Source: Setoptus koraiensis (taxonomy: Eukaryota; Animalia; Arthropoda). Taken from it: a DNA stretch of 64,000 nt. Shown here in pieces: positions 1 through 14,326 of the stretch. The DNA lies in NCBI GenBank assembly GCA_048013815.1, contig CM106586.1:10416001-10480000 (forward strand), given 5' to 3'. Every line of letters starts with the position of its first letter. Position 1 is the first letter of the stretch. The translations under genes were made by a program, and so were the position numbers. The notes below the pieces were generated by a model. It saw nothing but the letters and a program-made list of their open reading frames with translations. It searched no databases and was not told where the DNA came from.

Positions 1-2037
<2,037 letters not shown>

Positions 2038-3515
2038 AATTAATTAATTGATAACGAGAAGAGAAACACACACACAAACACACTATGTAAATTTGCTAGG
2101 AGTCATATTAAAAAGAAAGAAGATCAACATGTAACCAAATTATGATAGATCCTCGTCAATTCTCTGGGCCGTTTGAGCTATCACCCTAGGAATACCAAAG
2201 AACTGGTGGTGTTATAAAATTGAAAGTTGTCTCAATCGAACGCAGAAGCAGTTTATAATAAGATTATACTTTACCTTTCTCCAGATCTTGAAAACAAATG
2301 TGACCTAACAAAGGATTGTCTCTCTCATAAACTATCAAGGTGATAATTTAACAATTTTTATACAAAAGAAACAAAATTGTCATTGATCACCATTAAGCTA
2401 TTTAAGTGACGATATATATATATTTGGATGCACCGGTTCGTCAATGTCATGTTAGGAATTAAAGATAGTAACCTGTGCAAGCTAAAGATAAAGAGCTCAA
2501 ATATTATTTGCCTTCATTCATATACTTTTTGTCTCTCTCTACGAATAAAGATTATTTCTTTCTTCTCGATATTCCATTTTGACCTTTGCATCTTTTCTGG
2601 GCACCAGTCGCAGTATCATAACGACGCAGATTGTCGACGCGATGAAAGAGATACGAGCAAGTTGCATTATGTAACTATGTATCTAACTACGTATGGCTAA
2701 TTGAGCAAGTCAACGGTAGCTAACAAAGCGAAACAGATCGCTAGATGGCGACAAAAGTTTGACACGGGAAACGAGCTTATCCAACTTGTATAACATGCAA
2801 GGTAAATGAATGTATAGATGGTGCGATGAGATCGATTCAAACAAGTGCTTTTATACGTTATTCGGTATATCGGTGTGAAGGCACATTCAGTAATAGATGT
2901 ATATGATAGTAGTGATGATAAAAAAGTTATAGTAAGATTGGATGGCGTTGATCGATTGCACACGAACACACATATAACAGAGTGAGAGAGTGGGGGAGAG
3001 AGGAAGAGCAAAAGTAGAATTAAATTAGTTATACGTATGGCTGGGTCCCTTGCAATTGTAGGCCGGCGCATATGAGATATTCATGGCATATCGTCAATCC
3101 ATTTCCTTGCTTGCTGTTTGTTGGACAATATGAAGTGCGATATTGGTTGGGCGATATGATGATAATAATAGAGTAGCAGGCACATGCTTAGCCCAACCAT
3201 TCACTACTAGTGTTCGGAGGAGGAATATTACAGATATTAGATGGAACATAATCGTTGTGTGCGCATTATGGCGCCGTGTGTATTATGTAATGACTGAACA
3301 CAATCAATATTAAGTTATTCATAATGTTGTTGTCGTAGTCGTTTCGATCGATGTTAACAGCTCACAGCTAACAGCTCACAGTAGCTATGCCAGCGTGCCG
3401 CCTAGCATGGTGAACTATGGTCTATCTGTTGTCTGCGTATTTGTGTTGGTTCGTTTGTTCGTCGCTGATAATAATCATTAATCTGCTTGGCGCCGCTTAA
3501 ACGTGCCCCGTCGTC

Positions 3516-3579
3516 TCGTATGATACGAGTGGTATGATTCGAGTCGTATCATACGAGTCGTATCATACGAGTCGTATGG
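3516..3579. repeat. 14-bp minisatellite, ~4.5 copies, palindromic unit TCGTAT(G/C)ATACGA-G
   Basis: Units start at 3516, 3530, 3544, 3558 and 3572; read directly. Confidence 0.9.
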
Positions 3580-4621
3580 TCTCGATTAGTGCGATCACGA
3601 CAGTGTCGCTAACAATCATCATGGCGCTGTTTGCAATGATCATGGTGGCGGGCCATCGCCAGCCAGTGTTGGGCCAACACTGTTCGCAGTGTGACGGTGA
3701 TGATGGGCAAGATAGATCGTCGACGAAATTGCGTAACAAGTCGTCGCATTATAAAAACTCGTGACGCCATGGGAGAGACTTGCGCGCGACACTGGCGACA
3801 AGTGCGACAATTGCGAGAGGCCAGCGATATTATGGCGAGCATAGAGGGCGCAGAGAGTGCAGAGAGCGCAGAGAGTTGCGGGGGGGGCGACTTGCGGACG
3901 GATTGACGGCTTGTGTCTATTTATTCATTTATAATGCGTGTGCGTCTTTGGTCGTTGTGCGCAAATTAGTTAGTCGTAATGCGCCTAATTAGTTAGTTTA
4001 TCTATATGTAGCAATTTGTTGTTGTTGCTGGCGTTGTTTGCGTCACTGGCAAGCGCCTTTTCGCCGGCAATGCGCGTCAGTGGCAGCGATTTCGGGCCTT
4101 TTGCAACACAGCCAGCACCCAATAGCGCAATTGTCAATTGTCAGCTGGCTCGCAACATGTTGCGAGTCAGCTGACAATGTTGTTGAGCTGGCTTGGCACG
4201 CCGACAACCGGCACCTGTAAGGCCAGCTGGCCGGCCACAACCAACAACAACAGCGGCCCATCGCTGCGACAGTATCGCACAACAATTAGCGCCATGCTCT
4301 TGGCGGCTCTGGCCGCCATATTAATTTTGCCCGTCGCTCTCATCATCCGCTGGCCTCCATTTGTCCGCTTGCCCGCTTGTCCGTGCGTCCGCTTGCCCGT
4401 TCGCCCGCTTGGCGACAACGACGACAATGGCCGCTTGTCGTCGACAAGTGCGTGCGTTTGCGGGCAAAAGTGGCCACCGTCGGCCGTCGTTGCGGGCGCG
4501 CTCACCGGGTCCCGGCGAGCTGCGTCGCGTTGAGCATCGAGGCTCGACAACGGACGCTCGACAATCAAGCGAGCTGTCAATGGTCGACAGCTCGCCATTG
4601 GCCGTCACATGGGCGCCAGTT

Positions 4622-4666
4622 TGTGTGTGTGTGCGTGTGTGTGTGTGCGTGTGTGTGTGTGTGTGT
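4622..4666. repeat. Interrupted (GT)n microsatellite
   Basis: Direct reading. Similar tracts lie near 8701-8720, 15267-15323 and 15605-15621. Confidence 0.95.
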
Positions 4667-5558
4667 GGCTGCTCTCGAGTCGCGCACCGCACAATATGTG
4701 ACACATATACCTATCACACGTACGACGTATGACGGGTTACGTAAGAGTGCGCGTGTTGTGTCCGCATGCCGGGCGCGTGTTGCATTCCGATATGGCGATA
4801 TGGTATTCCGATAGAGGGCGGCGAGACGGCGTTGCTTCGTGCGGCTTCGCGACACGAGCAGTTGGGTGTTGCGAGCCACACGACACGAGCAGCTCGGTTT
4901 CAAGAGGATCACAAGTGCGGATTGTGGTTAATATATGCAATATGTGCGCGTGCATTGCGCCTCTACTCTCTACTGTACGGCCGTCGTGGTCACTGTCGTG
5001 CGCGCGCCAGCAACAACCATCTTGTTGGCATTGTTGTGGGCCAGTGCAGTGTTGTTGGCCAGCAACACAACTGTTGTTGTTTTTGGGGCCCCACTGGGCC
5101 CCAAAAAACTGCGCACACCAAAAACAGAGCGACTTGGAGCGGCCACGTTGGCGTGTAATTGTGGGCTGCATCGAGCGACCAGTGGCCGCCGACTCGTGCG
5201 CCCGCCGAGAGCTCGCCTGTGTTGCTTTGCCGGACCGGAAGTGACGCGAGGACCAAGGAGCAGCGTGCACGGGAGCCGCGCGAGGGTGTGCATGTTGTGC
5301 GGTGCTCGCACAATGTTCGACAATGGTTGTTGTGCATGCTGTACATGTTATACATGTGATATATGACAGTATATATATTGTATGTTTTTATAAGTATAAA
5401 TAGTGATGGCGTCTATTTCGATTACTATGTGGCTTGTGTGCGCTTGCGCAGCGATTTGGCGTTGCGTTGTCGTGTAGTCGCGCTGGCAGTCGTCGCCGTC
5501 GTCGTCGTCGTCGAGTATATAGTTTGTTGTTTTATCCGCTCGCTTTGTGCGCTCGCTT

Positions 5559-5621
5559 TATCCGCTGGCTCGCTCTATCCGCTGGCTCGCTCTATCCGCT
5601 GGCTCGCTTTATCCGCTGGCT
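5559..5621. repeat. 17-bp tandem repeat TATCCGCTGGCTCGCT(C/T), ~3.7 copies
   Basis: Units start at 5559, 5576, 5593 and 5610. Confidence 0.9.
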
Positions 5622-6339
5622 GGCTGGCTTGGCATTGCTGGCTGGCTAAATGTTCATTGGCTAAAGTGAAGCTAGCAGCGACGCCGAATGAAATAAGAGA
5701 ACATCGTTGTCGCTGTTGCTCACCGTCGACGCACCGGGTCGCATTGTGCGCCGTGGCGCAGAGTGGCGCAGAGTGGCGCAGAGTTATGCGGCCAGCCAGA
5801 CGTAGAGGGAGCCACAGAGAGCCGACATTGGCTAGGCGAAAGTGGCTCGCCGACACAAGCTCGACGAGAGCAGTGACAGTGCGATATGAGCTCACTGGTG
5901 ATGCAAGCTACATGTTTCCATAACTGATTGCGAGTGACGAGTGACTCACAACGCGATGTGAGCTCACATATAACTTGCCTGATACAAACACACACAAGCT
6001 CGTTGTTGTTGTCGGTGTCGGTGTTGCTGTGTCATTGGCATCGGTGAGTTGGAGCTGGAGCGACACACACACGCACACGCACACGCTTAGCAAGCTTGTT
6101 ACACTTGTTAAACAGACCAACGAGCGCCGAGCGAACAACAACAAAAATATCAAGCGAGCTGCGGATAAATATAGCAGCCAGACAGATTATTTAATCTATG
6201 CGCGCCGGCCTCATTGTTTGCGGCGCGCACGCGACACACACACCGACGCGACACACACACACGACACGACGCACACTCAGGCGAAACTGTTCAGTGTGAA
6301 AGTGAAGTGGCCATGACAAATCAGTTCAACGGCAGCCAA

Positions 6340-6500
6340 CGACCAGCGGCAACCGCCAACAGCAACCAACGACAACCAACGACAACCAACAACAACCAAC
6401 GACAACCAACAACAACCAACGACAACCAACGACAACCAACGACAACCAACAACAACCAACGACAAACAACGACAAGCAACAACAACAAGCAACAACCGGC
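6340..6500. repeat. CAA-derived 10-bp repeat (AACGACAACC-like) with higher-order structure
   Basis: Direct reading of recurring caaccaacga/caaccaacaa units. Confidence 0.85.
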
Positions 6501-9500
6501 AACTACCGGCGACTACCGGCAACGAACCGAGACCGCGAATTGAGACCGCGAACCGAGAGCCAGCGTGAGAGCCAGCGTGAGAGCGAGCGAAACGTGCGAC
6601 CGCGAGTAACAAGTTACAGCGCCGGCCGAGACAGAGAGTGGGCGACCTTTAAACGAAAGTGAAAAGAGTTTATCCCGCTGCGGCCACGAGCGACGAGCCA
6701 CGGGCCACGAGCAAATTCAAAGCAGCAAATAAATCAAATCAACGCTCGCCATCACGTGCTCGACCGGTCATAATTTATCACCGTGCACTAATAGATTGTG
6801 AATAGATTGTGCCGTGTGTGTATGTATAATTGGCGCATTACTCATCGCGCCCTCTCATCACAAGTAAGTAGAGATAGTGTCGCCCCCCATTACCAGTCAC
6901 CAGAGTGACGCAACAACAATGAGCGGCTAATAACAACACTGACGCAACAACCTCAGCGGCGCCACAACAACAACGATGTCAACAACAACGGCAACAACAA
7001 CGGCAACAACAACGACGACAACGACGACAACAGCGACAACAAGCACAACTAGACACTGCGAGACAATGCTACAACACAATGAACGCACACAACAATGGCC
7101 GGCAACAGCCTTGCCAGTTATGAGCGGTTGATGCAAATGAGCCAATTGTCAACTTGAGCCAACCGCACTTTGGTTTCGTTTATTTATTTGGTGAGGCCAC
7201 GCTGGCCCGAACGAGCGCCCTCATTTGGGCCCCATTTGCGTGTTAGAGGTCTGGTGTGTGCAGCGCAGCTTTGTCAACTTTTCCGCTAGTGGCGCCGTGG
7301 TCACTTTGTGGTGTCACTGTTTGTGTTGTCGCTGTTGCCAATAATTATCTTTGCACTGTCGCGCACAACGCGTAACGATGCCAAACATATCATAATACAT
7401 ATATATTACATAATAACGCATAGAGTGAACAGGTGAACAGAATCACTGCATCCCGCAACGAGCGCAATCAACGCCACAACACACGCACATTTGCACAACA
7501 AGTTGCACGAGCAAATCAAGACACCGTCATAAATGGTTATTGTTTGCACGTTATTATTTCGTCATCGCGTTGTCGGCTGTCGTCGCTAGAAATATTCAAG
7601 TTCGTGTTTCAACATTTCAGTATTTCAATAATCGATATTTCAGTATTTCAATGATCGATATTTCAACATTTCAACTTGGCCATAGTTCAGTGTTTCAGTA
7701 ATCAATGTGCAATCTCAGTTCACCGCTGACCACACGCTCTCGGCAGCAGCCAATTTGCAATTAGGGCGCCCAATTATCCAATTGCCAATTATCCAATCGC
7801 CAACTGGCCAATTGGCCCCAGCAAACGCGCGCCACATCGCAGCATCGTCGATCGTCATTATCGGGCCCGATAATAAGCGACCAATGTGGGCAATACCGGC
7901 CAGAGGCATCCGCATCAGCAAACACGCGCAACAAACGAGCCCAATGGTCAATTGTTGCCACCGTCAACAACAGCACCAACAACAACAGCAGCATCAACAA
8001 CAGCAACAGCACCAACGACACCAACAACGACGACACCAACAACTACGACAACAACAACAACAACAACTCACGCACAATCAAGGGCCAGCAATCAACAGCC
8101 AGCAGCGACTGAAAACAGGTAAGCCCCATTTCGCGACTCGCAATCGCCAGCCAATCACCTCTGGCGTTATTCGGTGTTTATTCGCAGCTTGTTTGCCCCG
8201 CTCGTTTGAAGCTTATTCGTCGTTTGCTCGCCCTTTATCTGGGGCCCGCTTTTTATCCGGGCCCCAGATAGAGTTCGCATAAAATGATTTCGCTCGGCCC
8301 AAACTGACAAGATAATTGGCGGAGCGTGCGATGCACACGCCGCCATGCAGCGCATACCGACACGGCGGCACGGGGCGCCCCCTGCAGCCCCGTTGTTAAC
8401 ACACATAGACACCCGTGCCGCCGGCCGGGCCCGGCGCTGGCTCGACGGGGCCCATTGTGTCAGTGGGTGACTCCGATTACATAACGCACCCGGTTGAGGC
8501 GCACACTACGGTGAGCACACTACAGTGAGCTCACTGCAGTGAGCCAGCCAGCCAGCTAGCGCACTCGGCCATGGGGCCCCCGGTGGGTGCCGCTGCGAGC
8601 TCGCGCCGCTTCAGTTTGGTGGCGCGGTTAGCGGCACGAGGCGGCGAGGTGGCGCTCGCTGTTTATCTCATTAGCGTCGATTCCCGATAAGTGATTTCTC
8701 GTGTGTGTGTGTGTGCGTGTGCGATGCATGGGGCGCCATTATCCGCTGGCCGGCGCTATCTGGGCTCCGAGTGGCACCCCGACGGTGTCGGGATAGCGGT
8801 AACTGATGCGCGGGCCTGTAATCCGAGCGAGCGAGCGCGCGCGCCGGCCAGCCAGCGAACCCGGCCAGTTTTTTGGCGCGGCTCGTCCGTGCAGGTAGCT
8901 GTCTCGGGTGGCGGCGCCAGTCACGCTGTCTCCGCTGTAGGGGCGCCCTTGAACGGCAGCGGCCGCTTCAAAGGGCACGCGCCCGGCTGGATATTCCGGC
9001 TCGGATCTGTTCGGGCTGCCGGTGCGCGCTGCTGGCGACTGCGCCCGGGCCAGATTTACCCGGCCGCCAGTCCGGATCGACAGCCAGTCGGATCGGTCGG
9101 GATGCGGCGCGGCCGTGGCCAGAATTTCAGCTGTTCGTCCGAATCGCCCGTTCGCCCCGTTCGAATCGCCGGAATCCGGGGGCCCCGTCGAGCTGCCGCG
9201 TCGGCAGCGTCATAGGTGTTGTGCGAGCGTGTTCCCGTTGACTCGGCGCGCGCCAGCCAATTGACATGGTTTGAGATGGGTTGACAATCGGGCGAGGCGC
9301 CCAGCACGCAAATTGGCTCATCGTAAATCGTAAATCGTAAATCGCGGATCGCGATATATCTAATTTGGCGCCGACGGATCGCCATTCGCTGATAGCGGCT
9401 ATCAGATAGCGCCGAGCCGCGGTTCGGGGTCGGGCCGGTTGTTGGTCGCGCCAGCCTCGTTTGATTGATGCTGGCCAGTCGCGGGCAAGTCGACGGTTCG

Positions 9501-10344
9501 CGGCCAGATCGGCAAGTCGATGGCGAGACGGGGCCGGCCAAACGGAGCTGCGGGCCGGCCCGCAAGCCGGTGCCCCGTCGACGGTGACCGAGCGACTGTG
9601 TGTTGGACTGTGCAAACCGTGGACTACACTGCATATCTGCATCTCCATTGGGCCTCACGGTGCACCGCGCTGCCGCTCGCTGCGCGGCCGATAGGTGGCC
9701 AAGGTGGCTGCGAGTGCCAGTTAATTGACAAGCTATCAATCAGAATACATGCCGTGTTGTATTAAGTATACAAAGTGCATTGTTGGGCATTGTTGCGGGC
9801 ATCGTGGGCACTGGTTAGACTGCGAGTTTGAGTGACGGCCGACTAATAGACTCATTAGATTAGAGTGCCATCATTAGAGTCTAACGATGGGAGTCGCTAA
9901 CGATTGGACAGTTATCGCGCTGATTTGTTTGCGCGCTGTTGGGGCCAATCAAGCGCATCCCATGATGGTCCGATTAAATCAATTATCTAGAATCTAGAAT
10001 TATCTATGAATTATCTGGCTATTGCAGCGCGATGATTGTTGTTTTTTCTTGTTGCATTGTTGCTGGCCCCCGCTCTAACAATAGCAATGTAATGTGTGTC
10101 ATTGTCTATTTATGAGTGGCCAGTATACACCAGTTGGCGGTGAGTTATGGCTGCCGGATATAGAGTAATGATGCAATCGCCAATGTAAGCCAATAGCGAC
10201 CGGCTGGCCGGCGACAGATAAGGCGCTTTGTGTGTAATATATATTATGAGCGTTATGTTATATGTGTTATCGCGGCAGCGCACCATGTTGGGCCACCGTC
10301 ACTGGGCTGGCTGTTTGTTGTTGGGGCCCCACAAGCGCAAAACA

Positions 10345-10450
10345 AACAGCGCCGACGACAACAGCAACAACAACGGCCACGACAACAGCAACAACAACGG
10401 CGACGACAACAGCAACAACAACAACGGCGACGACGACGACGACGACGCGC
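10345..10450. repeat. Degenerate (CAA/CGA/CAG)n tract with 24-bp higher-order unit GACAACAGCAACAACAACGGC(C/G)AC, x3
   Basis: Direct reading. Related tracts occur at ~6960-7060, 7960-8070, 11540-11665 (complement), 14908-14965, 21541-21605 and 22695-22812. Confidence 0.85.
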
Positions 10451-10946
10451 AACAGCAGAGTCGCAATTAGCAGTTGAGCCATGCGAAGTGTGTCGGCGAG
10501 TCACAGTTTATCGCCCGGCCGCTTGCGACATGGGGCCACAACGAGGGCCACCTAGCGACGGCGGCGACCTAGCGACAATTGCGACTCCTCAGCAGATTAC
10601 GAGCTCGCCCATTGAGTGGGCCCGTCTAATCGCTCGTCGCGAGCTGGTGCGCCAACTGCCCTTGATCCGGCTCGAGCAATCGCCCAGAGTCGCCCAGAGT
10701 CGCCGAGGGTCGCCGGGCGCCGGCGACCGCCCAGCATCAACGAGAATCTGTTAGACTGTGATTGTACAACGGAATGGCCGGCGGTCGCCGAGTCGGGCGC
10801 ACAAGCGGGCCCGCGGGTACGCGGCAACGGCCAATAAAGTGTTGAATCATTCAGACAATGTTCAACATGAAGAGTATTTATTGGATAATACCCGACAAGT
10901 TGCCGCTGCCGGCACTTGGCAGCCGTTTAGCGCCCACTTTTGCCGG

Positions 10947-11015
10947 CCGACTCTTGGAGGTTTTGGCAGCCGACTCTTGGAGGTTTTGGCAGTCGACTTT
11001 TGGAGCTTTTGGCAG
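10947..11015. repeat. 23-bp tandem repeat CCGACTCTTGGAGGTTTTGGCAG, x3
   Basis: Units start at 10947, 10970 and 10993; the third is diverged. Confidence 0.92.
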
Positions 11016-14000
11016 TTGGACGACGCGCGCGGCAAGACGGGCGAGCCGACCCGATGATTTGTGGGTGACGGGCGCGGACAAATCGGTGATGCGAGTCTAG
11101 GAGAGCAGTCAGTCATCTGCGAGTTTATCTCTCGCTCTCGTGAGCTGCTTGGGCCGGCCCGCCGGCCCGGCCGCCCGCCGCTATATTATAAGGCAGCGAG
11201 CGCTATAACACAGCGGCTACAAAACGGTATACAAACAATAAATGTATAAATGGAGCGAGATTTGGCGAGCCGTTGCGAGATTTTCGGTCTAGATTTCGGG
11301 CAACATCGGCGGCGCTAACTACGTCGTTAATAACTAGCGCTCGTTACACAAATCACCGCCGTGTTGCGCAACTTTGTGCGACAATTCAGCCGAGCGAGCT
11401 AAGTAACTAATGATTTGCCACGTCATTATTTATTATCTCGCTTGCGGCTTGCATAATCTCGCTTGCGAACGACAAGATTTGCAAATTTTAATAAACGGCG
11501 GCGAGCGCTCCCTTCACGCTCCACATCTCGAGTCGTTGTCGTTGTTGCTGTTGTCGTTGCTGTTGTTGTTGCTGTCGTTGCTGTTGTTGTTGCTGTCGTT
11601 GCTGTTGCCGTCGCTGTCGCTGTTGTCGTTGCTGTCGCTGTTGTCGTTGCCGTTGTCGTTGTTGCGTCGCGCTAACGGTGACGCTGTTAATGCGACTGTG
11701 TGTTAATCTCGACACACAAGACGAATCACGGCGAGCAGCGTCTTTGTCATATTGCCATTACGTCTATGGCTGGCCCGTTGGCGCTATTATGTGTGCTGTT
11801 ACATAATAGCGCCAACGTTACATAATAAGCCGATTGTTTCTCGTGTTTGCCGAATGCGCTCGCAGCTCGCTTGGCAAAGTCGCTTGGCAAGATCAGAATC
11901 GGGCATAGAGATTGGGATTAAATACACTGGATCAGCGTTGCATGTAGGCTGTTCGCGTTGGCGAGCTCGCCGAGTCGTCGCCAGCCCGCCGTCTCGCCAG
12001 CTCGGCAGCTCGCCGTTCGTTAACAGTTCGTGTTCTAGCGCAACGCTATTTATTTAAGCGCTATTTATATTCATATTTAAATACACAATTTATGTTTAAA
12101 CGCGATTTATGTCTCCGTGCGCAAACACGATTTTCATTACAGATTTTTGTCGCTAGCGCGATAAGTTTTGCATAATTTTGCACTTGCACACTAACAAGCT
12201 CGCCGTTGCCGTTGCTGCTGCTGGCCCGAATCTGGCGAGGCGTCGCCTAGTTGACTGATTGCGAGCTTGCTCTTATTTTATGACTAGATATAAGCTGGCC
12301 GACTGCAGTGGCAGTCGGCGCGACGCAGCGCCGAAACAAAGTCAATCAAGTGGATAATGATTTCTATTATTAGTGCATTACTTAGCCGATCTCATCAATC
12401 AATCAGCGGACGGCGACGGCGACACTCTCGGCGCGCCGTCGGAGCCGTCGGAGCCGTTGCAGCCGTCGGAGCTGGCGGCCAACTTTTGGCGACCTCTGGG
12501 CTGGCTTTTGTCTCGGGCGAGCGCCCCATTGGCACTTGCCGGAGACACAACCCGTCGGCGCCGATCGCCTTTCGAAATGGCCTCAATTCGCCAATTCTCC
12601 GATCCTTCGATCGCCGATTCGCCGATCGCCGATGCGCCCGTTCGCTCGCTTCACCTTGCCAGTGGCGACAAAGTGGCCAACTGAAAACTTGCCACGCGGC
12701 CAGTCCAACTGACTCGCTCGCGCTGAAACGGCCAACGGGGGCCCCCGACAAACTCGCCCGTTTTGGGGCCCCCTTCTGCACAGCGGGCAGCAAGCCGCTC
12801 GCGGCCATTGTTTGCAAAACAATGTTTGGCGCCGTCTTGCGCCCCCTTGCACCGCCTTGCGCCCCCTCGCACCGTCTTGTGCACCGGTTCGGCTAGATGC
12901 GCCACTGTCTACATGCCGCCATAATTAGTTAAATGGAAACAACGGCCACTTTGTTTGTGTCACTTGTTTGTCTGGCCCGTTGGCGTCTCGTTCGGGTCTC
13001 GTTCGGGTCTCGCTGGGCCTGCGTTGGCCCCTTATGCGCCCCTTGTTCGTCTGTCGCAATGTCGCCCCATTTGCGAGTGCATGCGACCCGCACATACAAA
13101 GCTATGTCACCGGTGCCGGCCCGTCGACGGGCCCATCATCACGCAGCATTTGCACCATAATCAGCCATGTTATTCCAGTACATCGAAGGGCCGCATGACA
13201 TTGTAATGATTACAAGCAGTGCGCACACTCCGGCCGCCGGCCTCACCTGGCTCGGACCGGCCCGACGGAAGCGGTTCCGTCGGACCGCGATCTCCTGTTG
13301 CCGCTTCGATCAGTTAGAATATGCAAATCTGACTCGTTCCAACTTGCAAGCTCCAAGCAACCAGTTGGCCAGTTTTCGACGGCGCTCTCGATAGTTTGAT
13401 TGAGAAGATTTGAATTTTCTTGACTCTTCTTGAATTTTCTTGAATTTTTCTTGATTTTTCTCTCTCTTCTCAAAAGTTTTGTTCTCAATTCGAGAATCTC
13501 AACGGAACGCTCGCGACGATGCACGCAAACTCAACGGGTCGCAGTCGACGAGTCGGTTCGCATCAGTTGGCATCGCTGCCTGCTATTACATGTATGGCGA
13601 GTTATGGCGAGTTGTAGCGAGCGATTGTTGCGCAATGGTCCATTAATTAATCAAAGTGTCTCTGTGAGTGCCAGAAAGTGTCGTGTTCGAGTCGCAAACA
13701 TGCCGTGTTGTTGCTCACTGATCAATGAGGCGCCTCATTGAAATCACTGCGCCTGGCCAAGTGAAGTGATTTCAATGAAGCAAGCGATACACTCAAGTGA
13801 TAAATCACATTACATTAGCCGTTTATGTCTCTTTATTTGTTGGTTGCTCGCTGCAGCCGAGTCTCTGCTCACAAAGTTACTTTTGGCGCTTTGTGCACTC
13901 GACAAAACCAGCTACTGGGGGCCGATTTATTTCGCCGTTGACAAGACCCCTTTGCCGGCTCCCAAATCGACAATCACAATCACCGTTATTTTGCCCATTC

Positions 14001-14201
14001 TTGCATCACGGTCGCGTCACGACGACGTCGTCGTGGCGTCATCGTGGTTGCCTCGTGAATCACGATTTGTGATCGTATCCGATGCGACGTATCGTGATCG
14101 CATAATGATCGCGCCATTCGAAGTGATGGCATCGCGATGGCGCATCACATCAACTGGCCCGTCGCCGTTGTCAGTTCCTTGGTTAGACTGCAAAGGCCGA
14201 G

Positions 14202-14326
14202 CTGCAACAATCGGGCCGCATCAAACCGCGACCATCGGGCTGCGTCAAACCGCCACAATCGGGCCGCCTCGAGCTGCGACAATCGGGCCGCCTCGAGCTG
14301 CGACAATCGGGCCACATCGAACTGCA
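14202..14326. repeat. 24-bp tandem repeat CTGCGACAATCGGGCCGCCTCGAG-like, x5
   Basis: Units start at 14202, 14226, 14250, 14274 and 14298. Confidence 0.9.

Noticed and set aside
4768-4777. GCCGGGCGCG resembling the 5' end of SRP/7SL RNA (also near 26876 and 29034)
   Set aside because: Only 10 nt match and the downstream SRP sequence is absent; it is a common word in this composition.
10947-14326. 23-24-bp repeats as a possible CRISPR array
   Set aside because: The units are directly adjacent with no unique spacers, there are no cas genes, and the context is eukaryotic.
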